IMG/VR virus record: IMGVR_UViG_3300009285_000003
Span: 1 to 64,000 of that record
Length of the DNA stretch: 64,000 nucleotides
Direction: 5' to 3' (one strand)
DNA from: a virus
Shown: piece after piece, positions 51,338 to 63,800 of the stretch
Layout: every line of letters starts with the position of its first letter
How positions within the stretch are numbered: position 1 is the first letter of the stretch
Notes under the pieces: model-generated
The model's database searches: none
What the model was told of the DNA's origin: nothing
Seen by the model: only the letters and a program-made list of their open reading frames with translations
Program-made: the position numbers and the translations under genes

Positions 51338-53782
51338 ATGGCACTGAAGAAGCTAAGCACTCTTAGACCTACTACCTCAAGAATTACCCAGCCTGTTTCC
51401 AGGCCGGTTACTCGTCTTCCTATTGTCCAGCAGAATCCTTATGCTAGGTTGATTGGCCCTACTGCTACTCAGGCCCATCAGGGCGAACCAACCCCAGAGT
51501 CTAAAGATACACAGGAGGATACCTCAACTGCTGGAGATCCAACTGTAGAGCAACAGATGCAGACGGAGGAGTTGGAGTTTGGCTGGAAGAAGTTCATGGA
51601 AGAAAAGGGGTTCAACCAGGAGAAGTTGAACTCTGATGCTAAGAACGCTATCTTTGAAATGGAAAACCAACTTAAGGAAATTACCAACAAATACGAGCTT
51701 GGTAAAGTAGAACTCTCCAATGCAGACGCCGCCAACCTCCGTGACTATGAGGCCAAAATTGCTCAGATGAAGAATGACCTGGAGCTTGGTAAGGGGTCTT
51801 TACAGACCCAACTTGAACTCCAGAAGATGAACAATACACTCTCTGAGCGACTGGGGATGGCTGGCTATAAAGCTGACCTCATCAAGAGTAAGATGAATGC
51901 CGACGTGACCCGAGAGCTTGAAGGACTGGCTACAATGTCGGACTTCCAGCTTGGTAAGGGCGAGCTTGGACTTAATCAGCAACTTGGACAGAGCCAAACT
52001 GCTGCTGATTTAGCAGCTAATTTGGGCAGCCTTGGCGCACAAGAGCGCATGGGTAGTTCCGCAAATGCAGCTAATATGGCAATGCAGGGACGAGGAATTG
52101 CCTCTAATGAGCGTCTTGGAATGGCAGGACTTGGTGCTCAGATGGCCCAGAATCAAATGCAGCTTCAAGCGGATCGAGAGTCCGGATTGCTTGGGGGGGC
52201 TCTGGAATCTTCTAACCAACGTGCAATGGGTGAGCGAGGAAGACAGACAGATTTGACAGGGCAGGCCCTACAAGCCTACCAGGCGCTCGCGGCGGCCCAG
52301 AGTGGTCCCCCAGGGGGCTGGTTAAATTCATGGTTTGCAAATAGGGGTCAAGTTGCGCCAGAAGGGGCCGATACTGGCCTGGCTCAAAACCTCGGTCAGT
52401 ATGCTGCACAGTTAGGTGCTACTGGTCTTGGAGTGGACCCCAATACCTTCACTGATCAGATGATAGCTAACATCTACAACAAGGGTAATAGGGCGGAAGT
52501 TGGTAGTATGGATGATCTAATTGATGCCTCTACTGCGGGAGCGTATGAAGGACTACCTCAAGAGAGAGCCGAGTACGATGCTCGGACGGGAAGAATGATG
52601 CGCAATGCTGAGTACAATCGTGGCAAAGATGCAGCCTTCCAAAAGTCCCTTGCTACTAGTATTTACGGAAGTGGAGAGCCGGGAGGGCGAGTGGTTGGGG
52701 AAGCTACTACTCCTGGTATGCCTACTGGGTATCCAAACTTCATGAACAATGCTGACTATTACAAAAGTGCAGATGCTGCGGCTAACTGGGATCCTGGTGA
52801 GTATGGGTATGATATGCCTAATTTGCAGGACCCAAGTGCTCCTCCGGGACAGAGAAACATTCCTCCCCAATACCAAGAGATGAATATGCAACAGTTTCAA
52901 GATCAGCAAAGAAGGGTTAACCAATTTCCTACTGCTCCTCCTGGGACAAATCCAAATGTAAGAAGGGCTCCAGGGTATCCTCCTGCACGTAGGAGACCAG
53001 GTAGGGTATATAACAACGCTGGAATGGCTCCTAGAGGTGGGGTTGGAGTTATGGGATTTGGGGCTGACCAGGGTCCCACTGTTGACCGATCTAGGATGAA
53101 GCCACAACCATGGGAGAGTAATGAGGCTGTAGGTATTGTAGGACAACCTAGAATGGGGCGTCCTGATCAAGGCCCTATAAATCAAGGCTTTATGCAGGGA
53201 CGACCTGATAGAGGTCCTACATATCAAGGCAATGCGGAGATTCTACCTGGAGGCATGGGGCAGGCTCCTCAGCTAAATATGCAGGAACAACTACAGCAAC
53301 TTCCTGCAGAAATTGTAGGAGGAGCAGCAGCCGTACCAGGACAACCTAGAATGGGACTAGGCGAAAGTACTACTTGGGGCCAAGACCCTAATAAAGCCGA
53401 AACTGATAGAAGGATACTTGGAGATCAATTTGGCTCTGCAACAACTGGTCAAGAGTATACTCAGCCCCAAGGTCCTACTCCCTGGAATCAAAATATGCAG
53501 GCTAAGGAGTACCGGGGGCCACAGCGACAGGGTGGGCGTAGAGTAGGTAACTCAATTTTCTATGACAACTTTGATCAAGGACAGGGAGATGCGCGAGGAA
53601 CAACGGAGCAGTTTAGTACTCCTCCCTGGATGCAACAGAATAGAACACCTCCTCGTAGGCCACAACCTATGCAGCAGCAGAGGGGTAGACCGCAACCTAG
53701 ACCTATGCCTAGACAGCAACAGAGAGGCAGACCACAACAGCAATATCAACCTAGACAAAGGGGAGTATACCAGGGTATATAG
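51338..53782 (+). CDS. low-complexity virion/scaffold-like protein (coiled-coil N-half; Gln/Gly/Pro/Met/Arg-rich C-half)
   Basis: ORF track, 814 aa. RBS AAGGAGAAA lies upstream. Repeated motifs include ERLGMAG and GQPRMG. The C-terminus reads QQQRGRPQPRPMPRQQQRGRPQQQ. Confidence 0.6.
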   Translation: MALKKLSTLRPTTSRITQPVSRPVTRLPIVQQNPYARLIGPTATQAHQGEPTPESKDTQEDTSTAGDPTVEQQMQTEELEFGWKKFMEEKGFNQEKLNSDAKNAIFEMENQLKEITNKYELGKVELSNADAANLRDYEAKIAQMKNDLELGKGSLQTQLELQKMNNTLSERLGMAGYKADLIKSKMNADVTRELEGLATMSDFQLGKGELGLNQQLGQSQTAADLAANLGSLGAQERMGSSANAANMAMQGRGIASNERLGMAGLGAQMAQNQMQLQADRESGLLGGALESSNQRAMGERGRQTDLTGQALQAYQALAAAQSGPPGGWLNSWFANRGQVAPEGADTGLAQNLGQYAAQLGATGLGVDPNTFTDQMIANIYNKGNRAEVGSMDDLIDASTAGAYEGLPQERAEYDARTGRMMRNAEYNRGKDAAFQKSLATSIYGSGEPGGRVVGEATTPGMPTGYPNFMNNADYYKSADAAANWDPGEYGYDMPNLQDPSAPPGQRNIPPQYQEMNMQQFQDQQRRVNQFPTAPPGTNPNVRRAPGYPPARRRPGRVYNNAGMAPRGGVGVMGFGADQGPTVDRSRMKPQPWESNEAVGIVGQPRMGRPDQGPINQGFMQGRPDRGPTYQGNAEILPGGMGQAPQLNMQEQLQQLPAEIVGGAAAVPGQPRMGLGESTTWGQDPNKAETDRRILGDQFGSATTGQEYTQPQGPTPWNQNMQAKEYRGPQRQGGRRVGNSIFYDNFDQGQGDARGTTEQFSTPPWMQQNRTPPRRPQPMQQQRGRPQPRPMPRQQQRGRPQQQYQPRQRGVYQGI

Positions 53783-54841
53783 ATGAACCAGTACTACGAT
53801 CCATACGCTGAGAATGACCCCAACTACTGGGGGCCTGACTCTGGAGATCAGATGTCAGCATATGATCCTAACCAGAACTTCAATTATGGTCAGGATATGT
53901 TAGACTATGGGTTGCAGTATGGAGATTCTTATCAGCAAGACTATGGGTATGACCCTTACTCCTCTAGTGGATACAACCCCTATGCTAGTTCTGGGTATGA
54001 CCCATATTCGACCTCTGGCTATGATCCGTATAGCACTGAAGGAGGGTATACTGATCAGTATGACCCCTATGCTCAGGATATTGGGTATGATCCTTATAGT
54101 GACCAGCAAGACTACTACGATGACTTCTCTGATATTGGGTACACTTTCCACAATGATCCCAGTTTGATACCTGGCTTGCAAACTCAGATACAGGACTGGG
54201 AAGAGCAAGTTTCTAGTAATCCTTCTGACCAGACTAATCAGAGGTACTTACAAGCCTCTAGGCAGCATCTTCAGCAACTGCAGAATCCTACATATCAGGA
54301 CGATGGCTACAATCCTTATGGCGAAGACATGGGATATGATACCTACGGGTATAACCAGTTTGACCAGAACCAATGGGATCCAGGCTACTACAATAACCAG
54401 GACCCATACGGAGACTATGGAGAAGGGGACTATGGGCAAACCCCTGAGGAAGCTCCTCCTTCTACAGTTGAGAAGTTTGATTATGGGAACACAGACATCA
54501 ATAACTACAAGACTCCTGATTTTGTACCCCCCAAGAGCACTGCTCCTACTCAGGAGGAAACCTTAGCACAGGCCAAGTCTCAAACACTTCCTAGCATGGC
54601 AGCACCACCTAAACCTTCCTGGCTAGAACAGATTGAGAGTGGAGAAGCATACAAACCCTACCATTCTTTTGGTAATAACCCTACTCCCTACCTCTCTCAG
54701 GAGCAGTACAACACCATGGACCCATCTGAATACGAGGGCTATATGGCCCTTATTCCTCAGTGGCAACAGCAGGACTTTGCACTCAATATGCAGAAGTCAT
54801 GGGCTCCTGGGAGACAACGTAGATCAGCGTTTATGAGTTAA
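53783..54841 (+). CDS. Tyr/Asp/Pro/Gln-rich low-complexity protein
   Basis: ORF track, 352 aa. ATG directly follows the upstream TAG. Confidence 0.6.
   Translation: MNQYYDPYAENDPNYWGPDSGDQMSAYDPNQNFNYGQDMLDYGLQYGDSYQQDYGYDPYSSSGYNPYASSGYDPYSTSGYDPYSTEGGYTDQYDPYAQDIGYDPYSDQQDYYDDFSDIGYTFHNDPSLIPGLQTQIQDWEEQVSSNPSDQTNQRYLQASRQHLQQLQNPTYQDDGYNPYGEDMGYDTYGYNQFDQNQWDPGYYNNQDPYGDYGEGDYGQTPEEAPPSTVEKFDYGNTDINNYKTPDFVPPKSTAPTQEETLAQAKSQTLPSMAAPPKPSWLEQIESGEAYKPYHSFGNNPTPYLSQEQYNTMDPSEYEGYMALIPQWQQQDFALNMQKSWAPGRQRRSAFMS
53940..54110 (+). repeat. degenerate in-frame tandem repeats encoding (S)SGY(D/N)PY(S/A)
   Basis: YGYDPYSSSGYNPYASSGYDPYSTSGYDPYSTEGGYTDQYDPYAQDIGYDPYS. Confidence 0.6.
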
Positions 54842-54844
54842 CAG

Positions 54845-57800
54845 ATGGCAGTTAAAAAGAAGCCGCTATTTGGAGGGTTCAATCTAACTCCTATTGAGCT
54901 TCCTAAGACGAATGCACTTGGGCTGCCGTTGCCCATCAATCAGGCCACTATTCCTGCACTAGCTCCACCCAGAAAGAGGCCCAAGCGAGAGCGGGTAAAG
55001 ATTAGTAGAGGTAGAACTAGCAGGTCCCAACCTGCAAGGTCCCAACCTGCTAGGTTGGACACCACCCCTCCTCCTGTTCCTCCTGTAGTTACACCTGTAC
55101 CTAAGCCGGAGCCCATGAGGATACAGAGGCAAGAGAGCAACCCTCGAATTGCCAAGCAAGTGGGTAGAACCACCAATGACTACCGTTCTTCTGTAGTAAG
55201 GAATCTGAAGTACCAAACCGGAGATACTAAATTCACCACTACTGACTTGGGAGTAAGTTTACCTTCTACTAAGAGAGACAAACTTTCAAGGACAGAGGCA
55301 TTCTCCCCTGTAACCTGGGCTCAAAAGTTTCCTGAAGCTAATGCTGCAAATATAACTAACTTCCTGGCTATTCGTGGATACCCAGCTAGTAGTATTGCTG
55401 ATGCTGCCAAGTATATTGCAGGTCAAGGGCATCTAACTGCCTTTGAGAAATACACAATGGCTGAGCAGTGGTCTAAGTCAAAAGAATTTGCCGATCCAGA
55501 AGCTACCCAAGAGCAAGAGATAATCAATAACTCTCCCATAAAGTTCAACGATAGTAGGGCTACTAAATGGGTAGCTTCAGTATCTTCTATAGCAGCAGGT
55601 CCCACTGGTGGAATTAACTCTGCCGATATGCCAGACTTTCTGAGGATGGCGTTGGCTATTATCATGCAGGAATCAAATGGGGATGAAAAAAGTAGCAATG
55701 TTAATCCTGCCACTGGAGATGATTCCCACGGTCTACTCCAGATTAACTTGGCTGGAGGACAGGGAATCCAGGTATTAGAGTGGTTTAAGGGGGAAGCAGA
55801 CCCTCGTGCAGCAGCTATTGCTTGGCTGGAAGACCCTAATAACAACTTGTCCCTGGGTTTAGGCCCTATCGCTAAAGCCTATTTAGCTCTCAAAAAGCAG
55901 CCAGATGCGGACAAGATGTCCGACCAATCACGTCTAGCTTTTGTGCTGGCTAACTCAGGGCATCCTAGAGAAGATGGAAACATAGAAGCTATACCACTAA
56001 CTTCTCGTATTGCCTTTGCTACCTGGTACGAACGATTGGGCGCTCCAGTTGGAGATATTGCAACAAGGTCTTCTACTACTATTGATTATTCCTGGAAAGA
56101 TATACCTCAAACATTAGAGTTTGGGTCTAAGGAGCCACCTTACGAGAACAACCCAGAAGGCCACCTGGGCACCGACTGGGCCGTGCCTTGGAACACTCCT
56201 TTGGAGGCTGTTGTCCCTGGAATAGTCTCTGTGGCTGGTCCCAACGGTGGCTATGGAAATATGGTAGAAATTACCTTCAAGATGGGGGACAGCGAATACA
56301 AAATGCGGTATGCCCACTTGAACTCTATAGCAGTAGAGGTAGGTCAGGAAGTTACCGCAGGACAAAATATTGGTGCCTCTGGGAATACTGGTTATGTAGT
56401 TGGTACCGCAGACCCAGAACATCCTGGAGCACACCTTCATCTTGAATTGCGTAAAGATGGTGTTCCTACTGATCCTCTAGAGTTTCTCAATATGGGCACT
56501 ATTGAGTCTACTTCTATGCAGCCCACATTGTTAAATGATGTAGTAGATAACTGGTGGAATCGAGCCTTGAATGCAGCAACATTAGAGGCCGGTAAGCCTC
56601 CAGAAGCAGCTAGTCCAGCAGTTCTAGATGTTGCTGTAGGACTGGAGGAAGCTGCAGGAAGCCCAGGAGACATACCAAAAGAGTCTCAGTTCCTACTGGA
56701 TGTAGAAACCGAAGACCCTTACAAAATGGAGGAATATCGAAAACAACTTGGGAGTTTTGTAACACCTATCTCCGAAGAAGACATAGATAGAATCCTCACT
56801 GAAACTGTTAAGCGACCCATCACCCCTAAAGAGAGGGAGCAAATAAAGGCAACTATTCTTAATGGGGACGAAGAGTTAAGAACATACGCTTTCAATGCTT
56901 ATGATCTCTTCATTCGTAATAAGATCAGAGAGCAAATGGATTCTCCTGGAGAGTCTTTAGTTGGAGACTTTTTGGGAGAGACCAGCAACGTAGCGGAGGG
57001 ACTAGCAGCTACAGTTTTTGGCCCATATGCTCACTTTGGTACAGAGTTACGAAAAAAGGCTGGACTGCCTGATGTTGGAGCACTAAATCTACTACTTTCT
57101 ATTCCTGCTGTAATAGCTGCACCCCTAATAATGGGGGTCGCTCCTCTTGCTGCTCCTGTGGCAGGATTGGCCGGTTATGTAGTTCCACAGACAGTTGATA
57201 ACCCCTATCTCTTCGACCCAGAGAAATCCATCCCTGAAAACTGGGAGAGGAACAAGGAACAATACACAAAGGAAAACCTGGGAGAATTTGTTGATTGGGG
57301 ACCGCTTCATATCTCCCCTCAAACTATTTCCTATGAAATGTTCCACATAGAGAATGTTGTACCGGCTAAGTGGTTTGCTGCTCCTGCTCAAGCTATGATT
57401 TCCAAGACAAGGGGATTCGGAGAAAGGTTCCTCAGTGGGGGCCGTACTGCTACCTGGTATAAGAGACAGGCTGGTACGGAGACTTGGCAGAAACTCGGTA
57501 AGATTCTTGCCACCGTTTATCCTGATAGAGATCTGAGAAGCATACAAGGACATGAGGTTCTTGCTTTAATAGATGGTTCTGCCCCCAAAGAGCTTTTAGA
57601 TCTGGTTCCCCCTGGGTTGTTAGATGATGTTGCATCGATCATCATAAAACCCCCACGTCCTGGGGATAAGGACATAGCTATTCTTGCCAGGTCATTGGGG
57701 GTTTCTACTCCCCATTATTGGCACCCATTGGAACGAGCAGCAATTGGGAACGATCTGGATAATGTACTCTTTGACCTCGCTAAGAAGATGGACAATGTAC

Positions 57801-60800
57801 AGAAGTCCTATAAGGGGGGTGGACTTGGAGCAGGCTTAAAGGAAGAATTGGATAAGGCCAGAAGTAATGCAGTACTCAGGATAGCTAATACTGTATCCAG
57901 AGGTTCAATGGATGATGTAACTGAAGCCCAATTTAACTACATAAATGATTGGGTAGAGTCAAAACTAAGAAGCTCCTTAAAAGGAAGCCTAACCACTGCT
58001 GCTGAGTCAGGTGGCAAGGCAATTGTACTGCCAGGGGCCATGGGGCGAGCCACTGACATAATGGCAGCAGTTAAGCGACATACGGAAACAGTATGGGATG
58101 AAATCTGGTTGAAGCACAAGTCTAAGATTGCCCAGGAGAGAAACAAGGTAGTCCAGGGGATGACGGACTTAGGATGGAACATGTCTTTGAAGAAGGCATG
58201 GACTACTGCTATGGAACCCTTCAATGTCCACCACACCAGAATGATTCTTGGATTCCCTGGGTTCCCCATGGGAAACGTACTGGAGGCCCAGGTAAATAAT
58301 GCGGTCTATGCGGGCAAGAATGCCCTAAAGTTTGGTGCCACTGACCACACTGCTACAGATTCCCTTATTGAGTTAATCACCTCAGAAAACCTACTTCCTG
58401 ACCTGAAGGGCTTCCTGCCATCGGGTCTAATGATAGACCAATCCGCCGACCTGGTAAAAAGGAAAGCAGTTGCACAGGCTTACTATGACGCCCTTAAAAC
58501 TACTGGTAGGTATCAAGAACTGGCCAAATTATTGGAGGTTATTGCTAACCCCGACCTTGATACCAGTCAGAAAGTGTGGTTGAATCTAAAGCGTAGGAAG
58601 AAGGCGTTAAAAGAAGGAGATATAAAGGAAGCCCTGTTCCCCCAGAAGAGGGCTCCTTCTGAGACTGGGCTAATGGCTGTCCCAGAAGCACTGGAGGAAA
58701 AGGTAGCAAGTAGGAAGGGTGTTTTCAAGGAGCCGGGTATAAAATCTGGACTTGAAACAGTTTTCACCGGCATTGAACACGCAACTACTGCTTCTATTTG
58801 GCACAAGGTAAATGATGTATTTGGCAGGAGGCTCCGAGCAAGGTTCATCCTGGAGTCGTACCATAAGGAGTTGCGTAAGTTAGCTAAAGAAGGTTTGGTA
58901 GCTCCCTCTACTTTAAGAAGTCTTCTTCTACGAGAGGGCCTGGAGGAAATGCCTACAGGACTACCTAAGTGGGCTAAGAAGCAGTTAGCTGAATATGTTA
59001 GACAGAACGTTGGCAAAGTGGGAGCCGAAGACCTATTCCGAAATCTAGACAGCTTTGTTTCAGAGGGCAAAATACTCAAGAGTAAACTAAATGAGTACAT
59101 CAGCCAAAAAGCCCCCTACATGCCAGAGAAAGTGAAACAACGGTTCTACAGTTTCTCCAGAGCCAGAGGAACCATTACCAGAAAAGAGTTAGATGATTTC
59201 ATAGAGACGGAACTTCGACCTATGATGTCATCAGAACTCTTGGCACAGGATTTGTTCCTTATGCCTGAGTATGTCCAAGAAGCCAAGGTCATGGTAGACA
59301 CCTGGAACAAACGACTCGGTGAGCCTAAAACAGTTACAGAACTACTTGACTACGCAAAAGCGCTGGAAAAGTATGGAGACTGGATTGCTGATTTCCCTGG
59401 CCGGATAAACCGAGAGGGGGCCAGATATGCGGCGAGAGGAGACCGTGCTTCTGCTGAGCTTATGTGGACCGAACTTACTAAGCATGTGGATGATATAAAG
59501 CAATTAGCTACCACTCATCGGAATCTTCTAGAACAAGTAACTGGTGCCCTTAGAAAAGAGGAATTGCACCAGTACGCAAATCAGGTAGATCTTCAAGCAG
59601 AACTTTCGGCTAAGATTGCTGAATACTGGCGTTTAGATCGAGAAGCAATTGCTGGTTTAAAAGACAAGTATGGCCCAGAAGCCTTTAAGTATAGAGATGA
59701 GTGGGTAACAGCCAGATCTGCAGTTTGGGACCAGTTTGATGTAGAAATGAAGACCTGGAAGGGCAAAAGGGTTGACCCACTGGTCTATGCTAGAGAAGTA
59801 ATAGATGCACTAAAACGCCAAGCAGACCAGGATGGTAAGATGATTCCCACTCTTCGAGAACTCTACCGACAGGCAGAGAAGAGGGGGGTGCTTACTCCCA
59901 AGGAAACTATGGCATCTATCAATCAGAACTTTCCAGGCTTATATGACAGAATTTTCCCCAAGCGTAATCAGATGGAGAAGCTACTAATCACAGAAAACCT
60001 TGATCCTAATAATAAGGCTAAGTTAGCAGACGAATTGGGTAAAATGTGGCGAGGCGAGGGAGACCTGAGTGCCTACCATGCTATGGAAGATAGATTCCAG
60101 GGCACAAGAGATATTGGTACTGTGGCAGAGTCCCTTCATAGAAAGTACCGACCAAAGAGTATAGACGACACTCCGTTGGTAGATATTGCTTACACTGACC
60201 AGGGACGACTAACGGAAATTGGAATTGAGTTAAGGACCCTCTCTCCTAACAGCATTGAAGCCGAAATCTTTGATACTGTCACTAAGCTAGAAAAGAAGGC
60301 CAAGGGAGAGTACACAGTTAAACTTACCCAGGGCGACGTTGCTTACCTGAAGGCTCGTGGGGTAGATGTAACCACTCTTCCTGGATACAGGCCTGGACCT
60401 ACACTCTCTCAACCTGATCTGGATAGCATCAGATGGAAGTTAGGCTCTGGAGAACCGCTTGGATTACCTCCTACTGAAACAATTCCTACAGGACCATCTT
60501 TAACAGAGAGGCTAACTGGAACTCCTGGTGAACCGCCTCCTGCTACCATGGCAGAAACCATTCCAGCAGAAGCTGTTTTACCAGAAACGCCAACTTCTCC
60601 ATTGCCAGACAACTTTGTAGCTCTTCAAGGTAAAATCTCTAAAATAACCAACAAAGCAACTGGGGATCAATTAGACTCAATGGTTTCCAAATTTGAAGAC
60701 TATATATCTTCTTTAGCCCCTGATTCTATGGTAGATAATGTGGTAGGGGACTCAGCAGATGACTTGCAAAGGTCACTGGCGGATATAATTGATTCCGTGG

Positions 60801-63800
60801 AAGAGCGATTGGGTGATAGGTCAGATGCAGTACTGGAATCTAGACTTGAGACTCTAAACGACCTAAACGAAAGGTTAGATTCTGTCATATCTGACTTGTC
60901 TGATTTAACCCCTGAAACAGTAATGAGGACACCAGTCTCAGAACCGCTATATGTTGGGCCGGTTGCCAAAAGTTGGAAAGTGGAGAAAGACGGACAGATT
61001 ATCCAAGGTGGGTTCCCCACAAGACAAGAAGCTGTAGATTCTGTACGAGACCGGGGAAGTGGTTTTACAGTAAGGCCGGAGGAGTGGACTTCAGCACCCG
61101 AGCCTGCTCCGGCAGAAATTCCTAAAGTAGCAGTGGGGCCAGAGGTATCAGATGCAGCATACGGCTTAGAAGTACTCGCCCCAGACCCCCGTAGTCCCAA
61201 TCGAGGATGGAGAGTACAACAAAGAAACTCAGGAGAAGTAGCAGACGGATTTGCCAATGAGCAAGAAGCTCTTCAGTATATTGAGAATGTTCGAGGAACT
61301 GAGTCAGCAGTTTTCCCAGAAATTCCTCCTGTGGAGGTTATTGGTCCTCCGCCGAAACTCCCTGCTTCCAGAGAGGCAGCAGTGGGGCCAGAGGTATCAG
61401 ATGCAGCAACGGTCAGCATCCCTCCTCAAGAAGTACCTATTACCTGGCCTACAGAACCAGGTACCTCCCTCCTTGGTACTAAGTTAGCTAAAGTAGTCAG
61501 AACACGCCGTTCAGACTTACTCACTGCTATCAAAAAGATACAGAATACCATTTCTGATGAGAATATTACTAACTCTAAGATGTTCTTTGATGCTCCCTTA
61601 GAGCAGCTAAAAGTACCAACACTAGATGCTCCATTTGGAGAGAGGTTAGCGTACTTCATTCGACTGAAGCACGATAAAGAATTAGCCTCAGGACTGGAAC
61701 AAGCTGGAGACATACTAACCTTTAATAGGTTAAAGACTGTAGATGGTAAAGTAGATGAGTTCATGCAGGAGATGCACTCTGCTATAGAGCAGGTTACAAA
61801 ACAGCCTATCAGTGATCCAAAGTTAAAAGGAGAACTAAAAGCCTATGGAAATCGGCTAGCTGACATGCAAAATAAGTTAACCGATGCCGAACGTAACCAA
61901 CTCAGTACTATGAAACGAAAGGCGTTCAAGAACTCTCTTGAAAATGTATCTAGAGCTTACACTAACTACAGTGACGGATATGCCCTAGATATGGCCATGT
62001 CTAAGGTGTTCCCCTGGTGGCAGTATGCTTCTAGAGCGCCCTTGCGAACTGTGGAACTCTATACTAGAACTCCCTTCTTACTCAGAGGAACCCTGAAATT
62101 CTTGGAAACCGCAGAAGAAGGTGGGTATGTCCCAGTTCCAGGTAACTTGGGCTGGGCCTTTGCCCCTGCACAAGGTACACAGTTCTCCAGACCTTTCCAA
62201 ACTTTATCTAACCTTGTAAATCGTGGAATAGGATGGCCTAAGTATGGTGGAGTTTTAGGCCAGGCAGAACAGGTTGTAAATGCCTTCCAAGCAAGTGGGG
62301 CGTATTCTCCCATGATGAGTAACCTCATTAGTCTTGGGGCCGCAGCAAGTGATAGAGACTTAAAGTTGGGTATGGACTCATATTTCGGGTCTACAGCACT
62401 ACAGATGTTGGGAGATGGAGCTTCTGCCTTAACGAACCGAATACCAAGATTTGGGATTGCAAAACCCGCTGCAGATTTGTACAACGATGTGCTGGAGGTA
62501 TTAGGGGACCCATACGGCGAAATGAAAATACTCATGTATTACTCTCGCCGTGGGTACTCACCTTCTACAGTTGAAGCGGCCCTAACTCTTAATATGAATA
62601 TTATCGCTAGAGAAGATGGCTCTGGACGAGTAGATCCTAAGATACTGAGACAACAAGCAGAAGACTACAACCGAGAAGTGAACTTCTTTTTCGATATGTT
62701 CGGGAATGTGAAGTCAACTGACCCTGGTATCAAGGAGTTTAAGAAGACCCTTCAGGGGTATTTAGTCAAAGCCATTATGACTGATCCAACTCTTTACAAG
62801 GCATGGAAAGCTGGAAATATAAACCCCTTTACCATGAACCCTAAAGACATTCTAAAGATGTTACCTCCTGCTCTCAGACGTAGGGTAGAGGATCTACCCT
62901 ATGGGTATATTTACGATAATGCGAATTACTCCTCTGTGTTCAATGCTCCAAATACCAGAGAGCGACAACAGAACATGAATGCTTACTTCTACTGGGAACA
63001 GTTAGAACGAGACAGGATGCTTATAGAGCAATCATCTGATGATGCTGCTTTGGCTGCTGGGATAAAGTCTGCCGGAGGACAGGGGGGAATTGACCACCAA
63101 ACCTGGATGGATCAACGTAAGAGTCGTATGGAACAGTTCCGTGGTGCACAGGATGCCCAAAGAGAACGACTTGGAGTACCAGCAACCTCTGCGGAATGGG
63201 ACCGTTATAACGAGCAAAATGGTGGAACTAGAGAGGAGTTACACCCTATTCGTCGAGCTATAGATGACTATTACTCCATAGCTCCAAATGCAGTAACCAA
63301 GCAATATTACACCCCAGATGGTCAGGTAGACTGGGCAGCTATTCAAGATGACAGAGATGCACTAATAAACTCACTTCCAGAAGCTGAGGCCCAGGCAGTA
63401 CTTGATGAGATTCAGAAATACATGACACCTACAGAGAAAGATTTCATTAGGGCTATCAGACAATTTCAGGACTTCAACGAGTTACCCAGATATGAAATTC
63501 CCAAGGGGTTTCCCTTAAAAGAAGGAAGGGTAGAAGAATATCTGAATGATAGGGAGACCTATAGCAAAATTACCAAAAACTGGAAAGAGCATAATGGGGA
63601 ATGGAACAAGCTGTCCAAGGATGATCAAAGAGATCTTGTTGGTGGGTCAATCTTCTATGATAAATGGGGTAATGAAGTATCAGCAGATCAAGAGTGGGTT
63701 AAGGAAGTAAAGGTAAGAGGACTTCTCTTTAAGTGGAGGTCCTTTGATCCAATAACTGGAAACTGGAAGAACCTGCTTAATAACCCTCCAGATAGCTCAA

